Assembly: GCA_965215605.1 (NCBI GenBank)
Contig: OZ244070.1
Span: 2,336,001-2,400,000 of the forward strand
Length of the DNA: 64,000 bases
From: an uncultured Candidatus Binatia bacterium
Lineage (GTDB): Bacteria; Desulfobacterota; Binatia; UBA9968; JAJDTQ01
Reading direction: 5' to 3'
In this document: in pieces, positions 30,225 to 43,007 of the stretch
Layout of the letters: each line of letters starts with the position of its first letter
Numbering within the stretch: the first letter of the stretch is position 1
The notes under the pieces: generated by a model
Seen by the model: only the letters and a program-made list of their open reading frames with translations
Told to the model about the DNA's origin: nothing
Database searches by the model: none
Made by a program: the position numbers and the translations under genes

Positions 30225-31091
30225 TCAGCGTATCGCCGTAATCAACAACACCCCCAGCACGATCAGTGCCGCCGCCACCACCTTTCGCACGGTGATGATC
30301 TCCACCTCCCGCAGGAACACGGCGGAGAGCACCAGGCTGTAGAGCGGGCTCAGGCTCGCCAGCGGCGCGACGATGACGACGTCGGACAGGTACAGGGACA
30401 TGTACACGCTGGCGACGCCCAGGGTCACGGCGCAGCCGGCCAGAAGGAAGTAGCCCAGGGAGCGGCGGTCGAAGGTGACGGCGGACCACTTCCGCGAGAC
30501 CGACAGCGAAATCGCCACGGCGACCAGGGACGTGCCGGTGGTGACCGCGGCCCCCAGGATCGGCAGGGTAATCTGCGCCAGGCCGATCTTGCGGATGACC
30601 TGGGTGGAGCCGGCGACGAAGGCGCTCAGGAGCGGCAGCGTGACCAGGATGTTCATCCACGCGCCGGTCCTCTCTTCCCGCAGGCTGAGCAGGGTGATGC
30701 CGAAGACCACCAGCGCGGTTCCGGCGCCCACCGCCGGCGTGAGCTGCTCCCCCAGAACGGCGATGGCCATGAGCGACGAGAACAGCGGCGTGGTGGCCCG
30801 GAGCGGCGCGGTCACCGCCACCCCCACCTTCTCCACGCTCAGGTAGGCCAGGTAGCGGGTGCCGCCTGGCTGGATCAGGCCGACCAGCACGAAGATCAGC
30901 AGCTCGGGACGCAGGATCTGGTCCCACGGGAGCACCGCAAATACGAAGCTCCAGAAGGACAGGACGTTGATGGCCAGGGAGATGACGATGGCGGTGACGG
31001 GGTTGCCGTGCGCCAACCCCTTCTTCAGGAGGATCAGGTTGATGGCGGTGAAGAGCCCGCAAGCGAGCGCGAAGGCTTCGGCTGGGATCAC
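30225..31091 (-). CDS. EamA/DMT family transporter
   Basis: About 10 hydrophobic segments in two repeats; PLFSSLMAIAVLGE, PLYSLVLSAVFLRE. Confidence 0.85.
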   Translation of the reverse strand: MIPAEAFALACGLFTAINLILLKKGLAHGNPVTAIVISLAINVLSFWSFVFAVLPWDQILRPELLIFVLVGLIQPGGTRYLAYLSVEKVGVAVTAPLRATTPLFSSLMAIAVLGEQLTPAVGAGTALVVFGITLLSLREERTGAWMNILVTLPLLSAFVAGSTQVIRKIGLAQITLPILGAAVTTGTSLVAVAISLSVSRKWSAVTFDRRSLGYFLLAGCAVTLGVASVYMSLYLSDVVIVAPLASLSPLYSLVLSAVFLREVEIITVRKVVAAALIVLGVLLITAIR

Positions 31092-31124
31092 GTGAAGGGC
31101 GTGGAGTCCGTCAGGCGCGCGGCG

Positions 31125-32116
<992 letters not shown>

Positions 32117-32120
<4 letters not shown>

Positions 32121-33370
32121 GTAGCCTTCCCGAGCAGGATGCACGCGTTGGTGCCGCCGAATCCGAAGGAGTTGGAAAGGGCGACGCCGATGTCCGCCTG
32201 CCGCGACTTGTTGGGTACGTAGTCGAGATCGCAATCGGGGTCCGGCGTCTCGTAGTTGATGGTGGGCGGGAGCACGCCGTGGTGGAGCGCCAGCACGCTG
32301 TAGATCGCCTCCACCGCGCCGGCCGCGCCCAGCAGGTGGCCGGTCATGGACTTGGTGGAGCTCACCGCGAGGTCGCGGGCGTGGCCGCCGAAGACCGACT
32401 TGATGGCGGCGGTCTCGTTGGCGTCGTTGTACGGCGTCGAGGTGCCGTGGGCGTTAATGTAGTCCACGTCCCCGGCCGTGACCCCGGCGTCCTTCAGGGT
32501 CAAGGCCATGCAGCGGGCCGCGCCTTCGCCTTCCGGGGACGGCGAGGTGATGTGATAGGCGTCTCCGTTGGTGGCGTAGCCGATCATCTCGGCGTAGATC
32601 TTGGCGCCCCGGCGGATGGCGCGTTCGCGCTCCTCCAGCACCAGCATGCCCGAGCCTTCCGACATGACGAAACCGTCCCGGTCCCTGTCGAAGGGCCGGC
32701 TGGCGCCTTCCGGATCGTCGTTGCGCGTGGACAAGGCCTTCATGGCGGCGAACCCGCCCAGTCCCAGCGGCGTGGTGGCCGCCTCGGTGCCGCCGGCGAT
32801 GACGGCGTCCTGTCCGCCGCCCCGGATCAGGTGGAAGGCTTCTCCCAGGGCGTTGTTGCCCGACGCGCACGCGGAAGTGGGGGTCCAGTTGACCCCTTTC
32901 AGGCCGTAGCGGATGGCGATCTGGCCCGGCGCCAGGTTGGAGATGACCTTGGGGATGAAGAACGGGGAGATCCTGCGCGGACCCTGCTTCATGTACACTT
33001 CGTGGTAGTGCTCGATGGTGGCGATGCCGCAGAAGCCCACGCCCACGATGGACCCGGCCCGGAACGCATCTTCGCCCTCGACGGAGAAGCCGCTGTCCTC
33101 CACCGCCAGTTGGGCCGCGGCCAGGGCGTACTGCATGAACAGGTCCATCTTCTTGACTTCACGCGCGTCGATGAAGTCCTGGGGGTTGAAGTCGTCGACC
33201 TGGCCGCCGATGCGGCTGGAGAACGATTCGATGTCCTCGAAACCCTTGATGGGGCCGATGCCCGAGCGCCCGGCCTGGATCCCCTCCCAGTTGGCGTCCA
33301 CGCCGATGCCCAGGGGCGTCAGCATCCCCATGCCGGTAATGACCACTCTGCGTCCGTTAGCGTTTCCCAT
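32117..33370 (-). CDS. fabF: 3-oxoacyl-ACP synthase II
   Basis: RRVVITGMG, SACASG, INAHGTST, SSTKSMTGHLLGAAG, SNSFGFGGTN. Confidence 0.97.
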
Positions 33371-33415
33371 GGCGTGCGTTTCGGAATGAGCTATCTCCGT
33401 TGGTTTCCAGGGGCT

Positions 33416-34441
33416 CTACCAATACTTCTCCCGGATTTGAAGCACCTCACGGATGCGCGGCGCAATGCGCCGGCCGTCGGCGTCCAGCAGCGCGGCCTGC
33501 TCGGACTGCATGCGATCCAGCACGGTAGCCACCGAGTTGCGCAGCGCGGAGAGGTCGTAGCCGCCCTCCAGCAGAAAGGCGATCCTGCCGCCGGCATGTT
33601 TGCGCGCCAGTTCCAGCAGCGCGTCGGCCATGACGCCGAAGCCCTGCTCGGTGACGGCCATGGCGGCCAGGGGGTCGTCGCGGTGCGAATCGAAGCCGGC
33701 CGACACCAGCAGCCAATCGGGCTCGTAGCGCTCGATGACCGGGACGACGACCTCCCTGAACACGGCCAGATACTCGGCGTTGCCGCAACCCGCCGGCAAC
33801 GGTACGTTGACGGTGTAGCCCTCTCCCTTGCCGCTGCCCACCTCGTCCGCGGCACCGGTCCCGGGATAGTAGGGGTACTGGTGTGTCGACAGGAAGAGCA
33901 CCGAAGGGTCGTCGTAGAAGGCGTCCTGCGAGCCGTTGCCGTGGTGCACGTCCCAGTCCACGATCGCCACCCGCCGGGCGCCGTGGACCTTCTGGAGATA
34001 CCGGGCGCCGATGGCCACCGTGTTGAACAGGCAGAATCCCATGGCCCGGTCCCTGAGCGCGTGATGCCCCGGGGGCCGCACCATGGTGAAGCCGTTGGCG
34101 TAGTCGGACGCCGCCACCCCATCGAGGACTTGCAGGAACCCCCCGACCGCCATCAGCGCCACGCCGAAGGAGTCCCGGCAGGTGATGGTGTCCCCGTCCA
34201 GCGCGAACTGGTTGCGCTCGGAGGTGGAACGGACCAGGTTGATGTAGCCCGAGCCATGGCACAGTTCCAACTCCTCCTGCACCGCCGGGCGAAGCGGCAG
34301 AAGCTCGTAGTCGTCGCCGCTGCCGGCCACCTCGCCGGCGAGGTCGAGGAGCGTCTTGAGACGTTGCGGGCTCTCGGGATGGTAAGGGCCGGGCTGGTGT
34401 TTGAGAAACACAGGGTCGGCCACGATCGCGGAACGGGGCAT
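33416..34441 (-). CDS. Histone deacetylase family (class II-like) Zn amidohydrolase
   Basis: HPESPQRL, RPPGHHA, GFCLFN, DWDVHHGNG, SAGFD, LEGGY. Confidence 0.93.
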   Translation of the reverse strand: MPRSAIVADPVFLKHQPGPYHPESPQRLKTLLDLAGEVAGSGDDYELLPLRPAVQEELELCHGSGYINLVRSTSERNQFALDGDTITCRDSFGVALMAVGGFLQVLDGVAASDYANGFTMVRPPGHHALRDRAMGFCLFNTVAIGARYLQKVHGARRVAIVDWDVHHGNGSQDAFYDDPSVLFLSTHQYPYYPGTGAADEVGSGKGEGYTVNVPLPAGCGNAEYLAVFREVVVPVIERYEPDWLLVSAGFDSHRDDPLAAMAVTEQGFGVMADALLELARKHAGGRIAFLLEGGYDLSALRNSVATVLDRMQSEQAALLDADGRRIAPRIREVLQIREKYW

Positions 34442-34566
34442 GTCGCGGACGAGCATACCACCGCGGAACAGACGGAGTCAAAGTGCGGAACCGCGCCGGC
34501 GCCCGGGTACTCAACCCGCTTTGACTCACCCCCGCAAATGCCTTAGCCTAGCCTTTGGGAGTCGGA

Positions 34567-34842
34567 ATGTTTGGAATCGGCATGCCGGAACTGCTGTTGA
34601 TCCTGGCGGTGGCCCTGATTGTCCTGGGGCCCAAGAAACTGCCGGAGATCGCCCGCGCCCTGGGACGGGGCTTGGCCGAATTTCGCCGAACGACCGACGA
34701 CGTGAAGCGGGAAATGCAGTCCGCGGCGGACGAGCTCGACGTCCGTCCGGACAGTGAGAAACCCGCCGATGCCGAACCGTCCGGAGAAGGCGCGCCCGCC
34801 AATTCCATATCTCCAGCGGGCGATCCCGCCAAAAAAGAGTGA
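34567..34842 (+). CDS. tatB: Twin-arginine translocase TatA/TatB subunit
   Basis: [33 protein letters not shown]; directly upstream of tatC. Confidence 0.85.
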   Translation: MFGIGMPELLLILAVALIVLGPKKLPEIARALGRGLAEFRRTTDDVKREMQSAADELDVRPDSEKPADAEPSGEGAPANSISPAGDPAKKE

Positions 34843-35660
34843 ACGCGGACGACGGAGTGAGCGGGGAGGAGGGGCAGCGGCCGTCGGATGACGCCAGCAT
34901 GCCGCTGACGGCGCACCTGGAGGAGCTCCGGTCCCGGCTCATCCGGTCCTCGCTGGCCGTCATGGCGGCGTTCATCGTCTGTTACCTGACCGCGGAACGG
35001 CTTATCACCTTCATGACCGCGCCCCTGCTCCGGCTTGAGGCCTCCGGCCTCACGGTCATCGGCACCGGCGTGGCCGAGGCCTTCTTCGCGAAGCTCAAGG
35101 TGTCGTTCGTGGCCGCGGTCTTCCTGTCGTTGCCGGTGCTGCTGTGGCACGCCTGGAAGTTCGTGGCGCCGGGCCTCTACCACCACGAGCAGCGCTATGC
35201 CCGGGGCTTCGTCTTCTTCGGCACGCTGTTCTTTCTGCTGGGCGCCGGCTTCTGTTACGTGGTGATCTTCGACATCGGCTACCGCTTCTTCCTGGAGCAG
35301 TACCAGCAGCTCGACATCCGTCCGGCCATCCGTGTCAGTGAGTACCTGTCGTTCTCGGCCAAGCTGATGCTGGCCTTCGGCGTGGTCTTCGAGTTGCCGG
35401 TGGCGGGAGTCTTTCTGGCGAAGGTGGGGCTCATCGACCACCGCATGATGATCCGCCAGTTCCCCTACGCGTTTCTGGGGATGGTGGTGCTGGGCGCGGT
35501 CCTGACCCCGCCCGACGTGATCTCGCAGGTGCTGCTGGCGGCGCCGTTGACCGTGCTTTACGGCTTTACCATCGGGCTGGTCTACTTCATGCGGCGGAAG
35601 GAAGGGGAAGACGAGGAGGCGGGGGAAGACGAGGACGACGAGGAGGAGGACGGCGACTAG
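34839..35660 (+). CDS. tatC: Twin-arginine translocase subunit TatC
   Basis: [33 protein letters not shown]. Confidence 0.96.
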   Translation: MNADDGVSGEEGQRPSDDASMPLTAHLEELRSRLIRSSLAVMAAFIVCYLTAERLITFMTAPLLRLEASGLTVIGTGVAEAFFAKLKVSFVAAVFLSLPVLLWHAWKFVAPGLYHHEQRYARGFVFFGTLFFLLGAGFCYVVIFDIGYRFFLEQYQQLDIRPAIRVSEYLSFSAKLMLAFGVVFELPVAGVFLAKVGLIDHRMMIRQFPYAFLGMVVLGAVLTPPDVISQVLLAAPLTVLYGFTIGLVYFMRRKEGEDEEAGEDEDDEEEDGD

Positions 35661-35692
35661 CGCTGTACGCGTGGGGCGGCCGGCCCCGTTGC

Positions 35693-36196
35693 CTATTCGA
35701 CGATGACGAGCACCTGTCCGGATTCCACCGATTCCCCGACCTTGACGCGGATATCACTGACCTCGCCGTTGCCGGGCGCCCGCACCTCGTTCTCCATCTT
35801 CATGGCTTCGACGATGACCAGGCCCTGTCCCTTGGCCACCGTGTCGCCTTCGTTCACCAGCACCGCCACCACCTTTCCCGGCATCGGGATCCTGATTTCC
35901 TGCCTGCCGGACACCTCGATGCCGGACTGCCGCCCGCCGACCCGCACCTGCCGCTCGTCGGACATGCTGATGTGGTAGGTACGGCCGTCCAGCAGCACCC
36001 GGTACTCGTCCTCGGTGGTGTCCACGTCCACCTCGAAGGACCGGTTGTCGATCAACAGCGAGTAGTTGTTGCGGCCGGTCCTCCTGCCGTCCACCATGAA
36101 TTCCTGCCCGTCCACCGACACCTTGTAGACGGATTTCTCGGTCTCGGTGATTCGCACCACGGAGGTCTGGCCGCCGAGTTTCGCGATGAAGGCCAT
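35693..36196 (-). CDS. Biotin carboxyl carrier protein with N-terminal BT-like domain
   Basis: PMPGKVV...EAMKMENE biotinylation motif. Confidence 0.93.
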   Translation of the reverse strand: MAFIAKLGGQTSVVRITETEKSVYKVSVDGQEFMVDGRRTGRNNYSLLIDNRSFEVDVDTTEDEYRVLLDGRTYHISMSDERQVRVGGRQSGIEVSGRQEIRIPMPGKVVAVLVNEGDTVAKGQGLVIVEAMKMENEVRAPGNGEVSDIRVKVGESVESGQVLVIVE

Positions 36197-36200
36197 GAAT

Positions 36201-37739
36201 CTACCAGCCGCGCCCCGCGCCCGACCCGCCGGAGTGGCGTTGCAGCGCCTCGCGCCGGCCGGCCTCTCGCCACTCGGATTTCTCAGCCGCCCCTTTCTCC
36301 ACCATCCGCAGCGCGCGCTCCTGCTCCCGGTGGAGCGCCACGATGGCCGCGGAGGCCAGCGCGACGTGGCGGTCCGGATACACCTGCTCCATGGTCATGA
36401 AGCCGCGCTGCTCGTCCACGAAGCCGGTGTGGATGTCGGCCTCGATGAACTGGGGGTGGCGCAGCAGCCATTGGTGAAAGGGGATGTTGGTCTTGACGCC
36501 CCGGACCTGGTACTCGCGCAGGGCCCGCCTCAGGCGCCGCATGGCCTCGGCGCGGTCCTCGCCCCAGACGATGAGCTTGGCGATCATGGGGTCGTAGTGG
36601 ATGGGGATCTCCGCGCCCTCGTAGACGCCGCAGTCGTTGCGGATGCCGAAACCCTCGGGCAGCCGCAGTCCCTCGATCTTTCCCGGACACGGCATGAAGT
36701 CGGTCTCCGGGTCCTCGGCGTAGATGCGGCATTCGATGGCGTGCCCCGTGGTCCGGATCTGGCGCTGCGACCAGGGCAGGGGAGTGCCCGCGGCCACGTT
36801 CATCTGCGCCTTCACCAGGTCGATGCCCACCACCCGCTCGGTGATGGCATGCTCCACCTGCAGGCGGGTGTTCATCTCCAGGAAGTAGAAATTCTTGTGG
36901 CGGTCCACCAGGAATTCCATGGTGCCGACGCCGGTGTAGCCGAGCGCCTTCGCTCCCTGCGCCGCGGTCTTGCCCATGGCTTTCTGCATCCGGGTGTCGA
37001 TGGTCGGGGCGGGGCATTCCTCGATGATCTTCTGGTGGCGCCGCTGGATGGAGCACTCCCGGGTGAACAGGTGCAGCACCTTGCCGTAGATGTCGGCCAA
37101 TAGCTGGACCTCGATGTGGCGGCAGCGCTCCAGGTACTTCTCGACGTAGAGGCGGGAGTCGCCGAAGGACGAAGCCGCCTCGGAGCGCGCCGCGCGATAG
37201 GCCGAGCGTATCTCGTCGCTGGACTCCACCCGCCGGAGCCCCTTGCCGCCGCCGCCCGCCACGGCCTTGAGGACGCAGGGGTAGCCGATGGCGTCGGCCG
37301 TCTCCAGCACCTCCTCCTCGGAGCTGAGGATGTCTTCCGAGCCGGGAATCACCGGCAGTCCGGCTTTCTTCATTAGCGCGCGGGCGTGGACCTTGTCGCC
37401 CATCTGCTTGATGACTTCCGGGGACGGCCCCAGAAAGACGACACCCGCCTCCTCGCAGGCCCGGGCGAAGCTCGGGTTCTCGGCGAGAAAGCCGTAGCCC
37501 GGGTGGATGGCGTCGGCCCGGCTTTTCTTGGCGGCGTCGATGATCCGGTCGATGCGGAGATAGCTCTCCGTGGAGGGGGCCGGCCCCACCGGGTAGGAGT
37601 AGTCGGCGTATTTGACGTGAAGCGCCTCGCGGTCCGCCTCGGAGTAGACCGCCACGCTCTGGATGTCCAGTTCGCGGCATGCCCGTATGATGCGGACGGC
37701 GATCTCGCCGCGGTTGGCCACCAGGATCCGTTTGAACAT
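36201..37739 (-). CDS. Biotin carboxylase subunit of an acyl-CoA carboxylase
   Basis: ANRGEIAVR, HPGYGFLAEN, GGGGKG, ECSIQRRHQK, EMNTRLQVEH, YDPMIAKL. Confidence 0.96.
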   Translation of the reverse strand: MFKRILVANRGEIAVRIIRACRELDIQSVAVYSEADREALHVKYADYSYPVGPAPSTESYLRIDRIIDAAKKSRADAIHPGYGFLAENPSFARACEEAGVVFLGPSPEVIKQMGDKVHARALMKKAGLPVIPGSEDILSSEEEVLETADAIGYPCVLKAVAGGGGKGLRRVESSDEIRSAYRAARSEAASSFGDSRLYVEKYLERCRHIEVQLLADIYGKVLHLFTRECSIQRRHQKIIEECPAPTIDTRMQKAMGKTAAQGAKALGYTGVGTMEFLVDRHKNFYFLEMNTRLQVEHAITERVVGIDLVKAQMNVAAGTPLPWSQRQIRTTGHAIECRIYAEDPETDFMPCPGKIEGLRLPEGFGIRNDCGVYEGAEIPIHYDPMIAKLIVWGEDRAEAMRRLRRALREYQVRGVKTNIPFHQWLLRHPQFIEADIHTGFVDEQRGFMTMEQVYPDRHVALASAAIVALHREQERALRMVEKGAAEKSEWREAGRREALQRHSGGSGAGRGW

Positions 37740-37754
37740 CTTAGGGTACTGTCC

Positions 37755-39305
<1,551 letters not shown>

Positions 39306-39549
39306 CAACGCCCCTTGCCTGTCGCCTCCCGATGGTTCATGGCCGGCCCGACGAGTCCCGCGGCGCGTTGGCCCGCCGGCCCCGTGCACGGCTCTGTCGC
39401 TTGACCCGGGAAGGTCGCCGCGGTTATCAATGTCGGTGGGTTCCAGTTCCCTGTGAGGCAACAATGAAACCCAATGGATCATAGGCGCCACGGCGCAAGA
39501 ATTCAAGGTTAGCGCCGGACCCCGTTTCTTTCCCCGAGCCATCCAAGTC

Positions 39550-40377
39550 ATGACCCGCGCACCCTCATACCCATTCTTCTCGGACCCTCCGCCCAGAATC
39601 GCGGGGCATCGTGGCGCCGCCGGAACCACGCCGGAGAACACCCTGGTTTCGTTCCGCCGGGGGCTGGAGGAAGGCGCCACCTACCTCGAGCTGGACGTCC
39701 ACGCCACCCGCGACGGCGAGATCGTCGTCATCCACGACGACACCGTCGAGCGGACCACCGACGGCGACGGCACGGTGCGGGACATGGCCCTGGCCGAGTT
39801 GAAGCGGCTGGACGCCGGCTACCGTTTCACCGCCGACGGCGGCGCCACGTATCCGTTCCGGGGCCGGGGCATCCGGGTCCCCACCCTGCGTGAGTATTTC
39901 ACTGAGTTTCCCGAGGCCAGGACGACGGTGGAGATCAAGGAACTGCCGCCGTCCGCCACCGAGACGCTGTTGGATCTCATCGAGGAATGCGGCAAGGCGG
40001 AGCAGGTGCTGGTGGCCGCCGAGGACGACGCCGTCATGGCTGCCGCGCGGGCGGCCATCCGCGGCCGCGGCCTGCGCGTCGCCACGGGGTTCTCCCTGGG
40101 CGAGATCCGCGCCTTCATGACCGCCCTCTGGACAGGACAGGAGTTGCCGCGGGAAGCGCCCGGCCAGGCGCTTCAGATCCCGCCGGCGTACCGGGGCACG
40201 GCGCTGGTCACCCCGGAGTCGGTGGCGGCCGCCCATGGCCTGGGCGTGGAGGTCCATGTCTGGACCGTCAACGAGGCCGACGAGATGAAAGACTTCCTGG
40301 CCCTCGGGGTCGACGGCATCATCACCGATTACCCCGCCCGCCTGCGGGACGTAGTCCGTCCATCCGAAACGCATTGA
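39550..40377 (+). CDS. Glycerophosphodiester phosphodiesterase
   Basis: GHRGA...[31 protein letters not shown]. Confidence 0.93.
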   Translation: MTRAPSYPFFSDPPPRIAGHRGAAGTTPENTLVSFRRGLEEGATYLELDVHATRDGEIVVIHDDTVERTTDGDGTVRDMALAELKRLDAGYRFTADGGATYPFRGRGIRVPTLREYFTEFPEARTTVEIKELPPSATETLLDLIEECGKAEQVLVAAEDDAVMAAARAAIRGRGLRVATGFSLGEIRAFMTALWTGQELPREAPGQALQIPPAYRGTALVTPESVAAAHGLGVEVHVWTVNEADEMKDFLALGVDGIITDYPARLRDVVRPSETH

Positions 40378-40432
40378 CGTGGATTCCGGGCCCGCCATGC
40401 AGCGACCATCCTGCGCATCTCCGTAGACCGGA

Positions 40433-41038
40433 ATGGGGGACACGACACCAGACCAGCGCATGGAGCCGCTGCTCGACGCGTTGGAGGAGCCGGACAAAGG
40501 GGTGGTCCGCCGCGCCGTGGAGGGGCTGGTGGCCATTGCCGCGGGGGAGCCGGGGGTTGCCGAGGCCCTGGACCGACGGCTGCGGGCCAACCCGCGGTGG
40601 CCCGTCGCCTATGCCTTGGGGCAGATCACGCGTCCGTCCGCGGCTTGCCTCGAAGTGCTCGTCCGAGGCCTCGGGAGCGGCGATCAGGACGTGCGCTGGG
40701 CCACGCAACTCCTCATCACCGACCGCGGCAGACGCTTTCCGGAAGTCGGATCGCGTCTGGAAGCGCTGCTGGGGGAAGGCTCGGCCACCCAACGGAGAAT
40801 GGCCGTCTACTGTCTGCGAGACATCGGAGCCGCCGCCGGTTTGCCGGCCGTGTTCCTGCAGGCCCTGCACGACCCCGAGCCGCTGGTGCGGGTGGCGGTG
40901 ATAACGAGCCTCACCAAGGCCCCGGCGGCCGGGGCGAGGGCGCTGGATGCGCTCAGAGCCGCCGCCGCGGATGATCCCGACACCCGGGTGCGGAACGCCG
41001 CGGCCTTTGCCGTCAAGCGTCTCTCCGACCCCGGCTGA
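40433..41038 (+). CDS. HEAT/PBS-lyase repeat protein
   Basis: Repeated helical units DxDxxVR (DQDVRW, DPEPLVR, DPDTRVRNAAA). Confidence 0.8.
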   Translation: MGDTTPDQRMEPLLDALEEPDKGVVRRAVEGLVAIAAGEPGVAEALDRRLRANPRWPVAYALGQITRPSAACLEVLVRGLGSGDQDVRWATQLLITDRGRRFPEVGSRLEALLGEGSATQRRMAVYCLRDIGAAAGLPAVFLQALHDPEPLVRVAVITSLTKAPAAGARALDALRAAAADDPDTRVRNAAAFAVKRLSDPG

Positions 41039-41058
41039 ACGAGCCCGCGCGAAAAAAA

Positions 41059-41087
41059 TTGACAAACAGACCGGCCTCCCCTAAAAT
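41059..41087 (+). promoter_or_regulatory. Near-consensus sigma70 promoter with upstream A-tract
   Basis: AAAAAAA-TTGACA-17 nt-TAAAAT. Confidence 0.85.
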
Positions 41088-41119
41088 ATCCGTCAGCAGA
41101 GAAAGGAGGTGGTCAAAAT

Positions 41120-41155
41120 ATGAGTGACATATGCTGTGAGGTGACTGAGACCTAG
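41120..41155 (+). CDS. 11-aa small ORF MSDICCEVTET, within a possible structured small RNA of about 150 nt
   Basis: Extended SD AGAAAGGAGGTGGTC (41100-41114) before the ATG; own promoter and terminator; below the ORF-track size cutoff. Confidence 0.6.
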   Translation: MSDICCEVTET

Positions 41156-41208
41156 GCTCTCGAGCCTTTTCGGAATTGAGGGTCTTGGTCAATTCCGACA
41201 GTACACCG

Positions 41209-41250
41209 AGCCTTGGCTGGCCACCGCGTCAGCCAAGGCTTTTTGTTTCT
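41209..41250 (+). terminator. Intrinsic terminator
   Basis: AGCCTTGGCTG-loop-CAGCCAAGGCT followed by TTTTGTTTCTT. Confidence 0.85.
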
Positions 41251-41290
41251 TCCGTTACTGTTTCTTCCGCCATCGTTTCTTCAATCCTCG

Positions 41291-42082
41291 TCAGTACGTC
41301 CCCGCCCAGCCGATGAAGCTCGCCTGGCGGCCGGTGACGCCGGCGCCGTCCTTCGATTCCCGCCGGTAGGAGAAGAACGCTTCCGCCGTGCACGCGGTGC
41401 AGGGGCCGGTCGTGGCGATGCGGTCATCCGGCACTCCCGCGGCCGCCAATAGCGCGGCGTTCAACCGTCTCAGGTCGAGGTAGGTCTTGCCGTCGCTCTC
41501 TCGCAGGGCGGCCTCCGCCTTGTCTCCCCATGTCTCGATCAGGGGGTCCGAGACGTCGGCGCCGATCTCGTAGCAGCAAGGGCCGATGGCCGGCCCCAGG
41601 GCGCACCACAGGTCCCCTGGCGCGGTGCCGTAACCGCTCTCGATGTGCCGGACGGTCTTCATGGCCACGCCGGACAGGGTGCCGCGCCAACCCGCGTGTA
41701 TCACCGCCGCCAGCCTTCCGCGGGAAGTTCGCGCCCAGCAGACGATGGGCACGCAGTCGGCGGTCAGCACGCCGAGGTACACGCCCGGCGCGGCAGTCAC
41801 CATGGCGTCGCCTTCGCCGGCGTCCTTGGATGGCACGTCGACGTCGATGACGTTGTCGCCGTGCCGTTGTTGCATGGTGACCATCCGGGTGCCGGCCATG
41901 CCCACGGCACGCTTCATGTCGCAGTAGTTGTCCTTGACGGCCTGGGGGTCGTCGCCCACCGCGAAGGAGACGTTGAGGCCGGCAAACGCTCCCTGGCTGT
42001 TGCCGCCGCCCCGGCCCAGGAACCCGTGTCGGAGTCCGGGCTCCGTTTCCCAGCCGGGAACGCGATAAACGGTCAGGTCCAT
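41291..42082 (-). CDS. pgeF: PgeF/YfiH (laccase-domain, purine nucleoside phosphorylase) family protein
   Basis: HGF..R.GG.S, Q.HG, GVLTADCVPI, HAGWRG, GPAIGPCCYE, FFSYRR. Confidence 0.93.
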   Translation of the reverse strand: MDLTVYRVPGWETEPGLRHGFLGRGGGNSQGAFAGLNVSFAVGDDPQAVKDNYCDMKRAVGMAGTRMVTMQQRHGDNVIDVDVPSKDAGEGDAMVTAAPGVYLGVLTADCVPIVCWARTSRGRLAAVIHAGWRGTLSGVAMKTVRHIESGYGTAPGDLWCALGPAIGPCCYEIGADVSDPLIETWGDKAEAALRESDGKTYLDLRRLNAALLAAAGVPDDRIATTGPCTACTAEAFFSYRRESKDGAGVTGRQASFIGWAGTY

Positions 42083-42106
42083 GTCCTCTCCCGTGTCAGA
42101 CTCTCT

Positions 42107-42853
42107 TTAGAATCGCGACAGCAACGCGCCCAAGCCGTCCAGCCGGTCCGTTAGCCCGTTCTGCCGCAGCGCGTACCAGTAGATGGCCGTGTTGATGGCG
42201 ATGACCGGCTTGCCGAGCCGGCGTTCCGCTTCGCCCGCCAGCCGCGCCATGGCCAGGTTCGTGCCCACCTGGACCACCGCGTCCACGTCGCTGCCGTCCA
42301 CCTCGCCGATGGCGGCCTCCAGCGCGTCCGCCTGCACGTGGGCGATGAGCACCGGGCTTTCGCATTTGAGTCCCTTGAGGCGCACCACCTCGTAGCCGCA
42401 GTCGGTGAAGAACCGCACCACTTGGGCGTCGCCCACGGGCATGTACGGGGTGATCACGCCGATGCGCTTGATGCCGCCGTAGGCCTCCAGCGCCGCCTCG
42501 CAGGCATAGGAGCCCATGGCGACCCGCACCCCCGCCCGCCGCTCCACCGCTTCCAGAAGCCGCCGGCTGCCCTCGGCGCCGTCCCAGAAGGTCTCCGACG
42601 ACATGCCCATGATCAGATAGTCGGGCCGGCAGGTCATCACCCGGTCGATGGCGCTGTCCACTTCCGCGCGGATGTTCCGCATCAACTGCTCGAAGTCCGC
42701 GTCGTCGTGGATGGGATCGTCGGGAATCCAGATCCGCCCGAAGTGGTTGGTCACCCCGTGCGGCCGCATGTCGTCGAACTCGGGCTGCACCGAGGTGTTG
42801 GTGGAGGGGGCGATGACCGCGAACTTTCGCCGCCAGCCCAGGGCGTCAACCAT
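42107..42853 (-). CDS. Maleate isomerase / arylmalonate decarboxylase / Asp-Glu racemase superfamily protein
   Basis: IAPSTNTSVQPEF, IGVITPY, GTNL, LGKPVIAINTA. Confidence 0.8.
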   Translation of the reverse strand: MVDALGWRRKFAVIAPSTNTSVQPEFDDMRPHGVTNHFGRIWIPDDPIHDDADFEQLMRNIRAEVDSAIDRVMTCRPDYLIMGMSSETFWDGAEGSRRLLEAVERRAGVRVAMGSYACEAALEAYGGIKRIGVITPYMPVGDAQVVRFFTDCGYEVVRLKGLKCESPVLIAHVQADALEAAIGEVDGSDVDAVVQVGTNLAMARLAGEAERRLGKPVIAINTAIYWYALRQNGLTDRLDGLGALLSRF

Positions 42854-43007
42854 TCATGCTCCTCCCAATCCGCGCAGGCGGCGCCGATGGAGGGCTGCTG
42901 GACGCATGTTCATGCCGCAAGGTATAACACCACGGGTTGCGGTTTTCACGAAGGGATTCGGTCAGGGTCCCGGAACGGAAGCAGAAAGGCGCCAGGGAAG
43001 GGACCAG

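Noticed and set aside
35599-35657. Low-complexity GAG/GAC repeats at the end of tatC
   Set aside because: They simply encode an acidic C-terminal tail
41100-41114. 16S rRNA gene fragment on the minus strand
   Set aside because: The match is limited to the anti-SD tail and is followed by a suitably spaced ATG; the flanks are not rRNA-like
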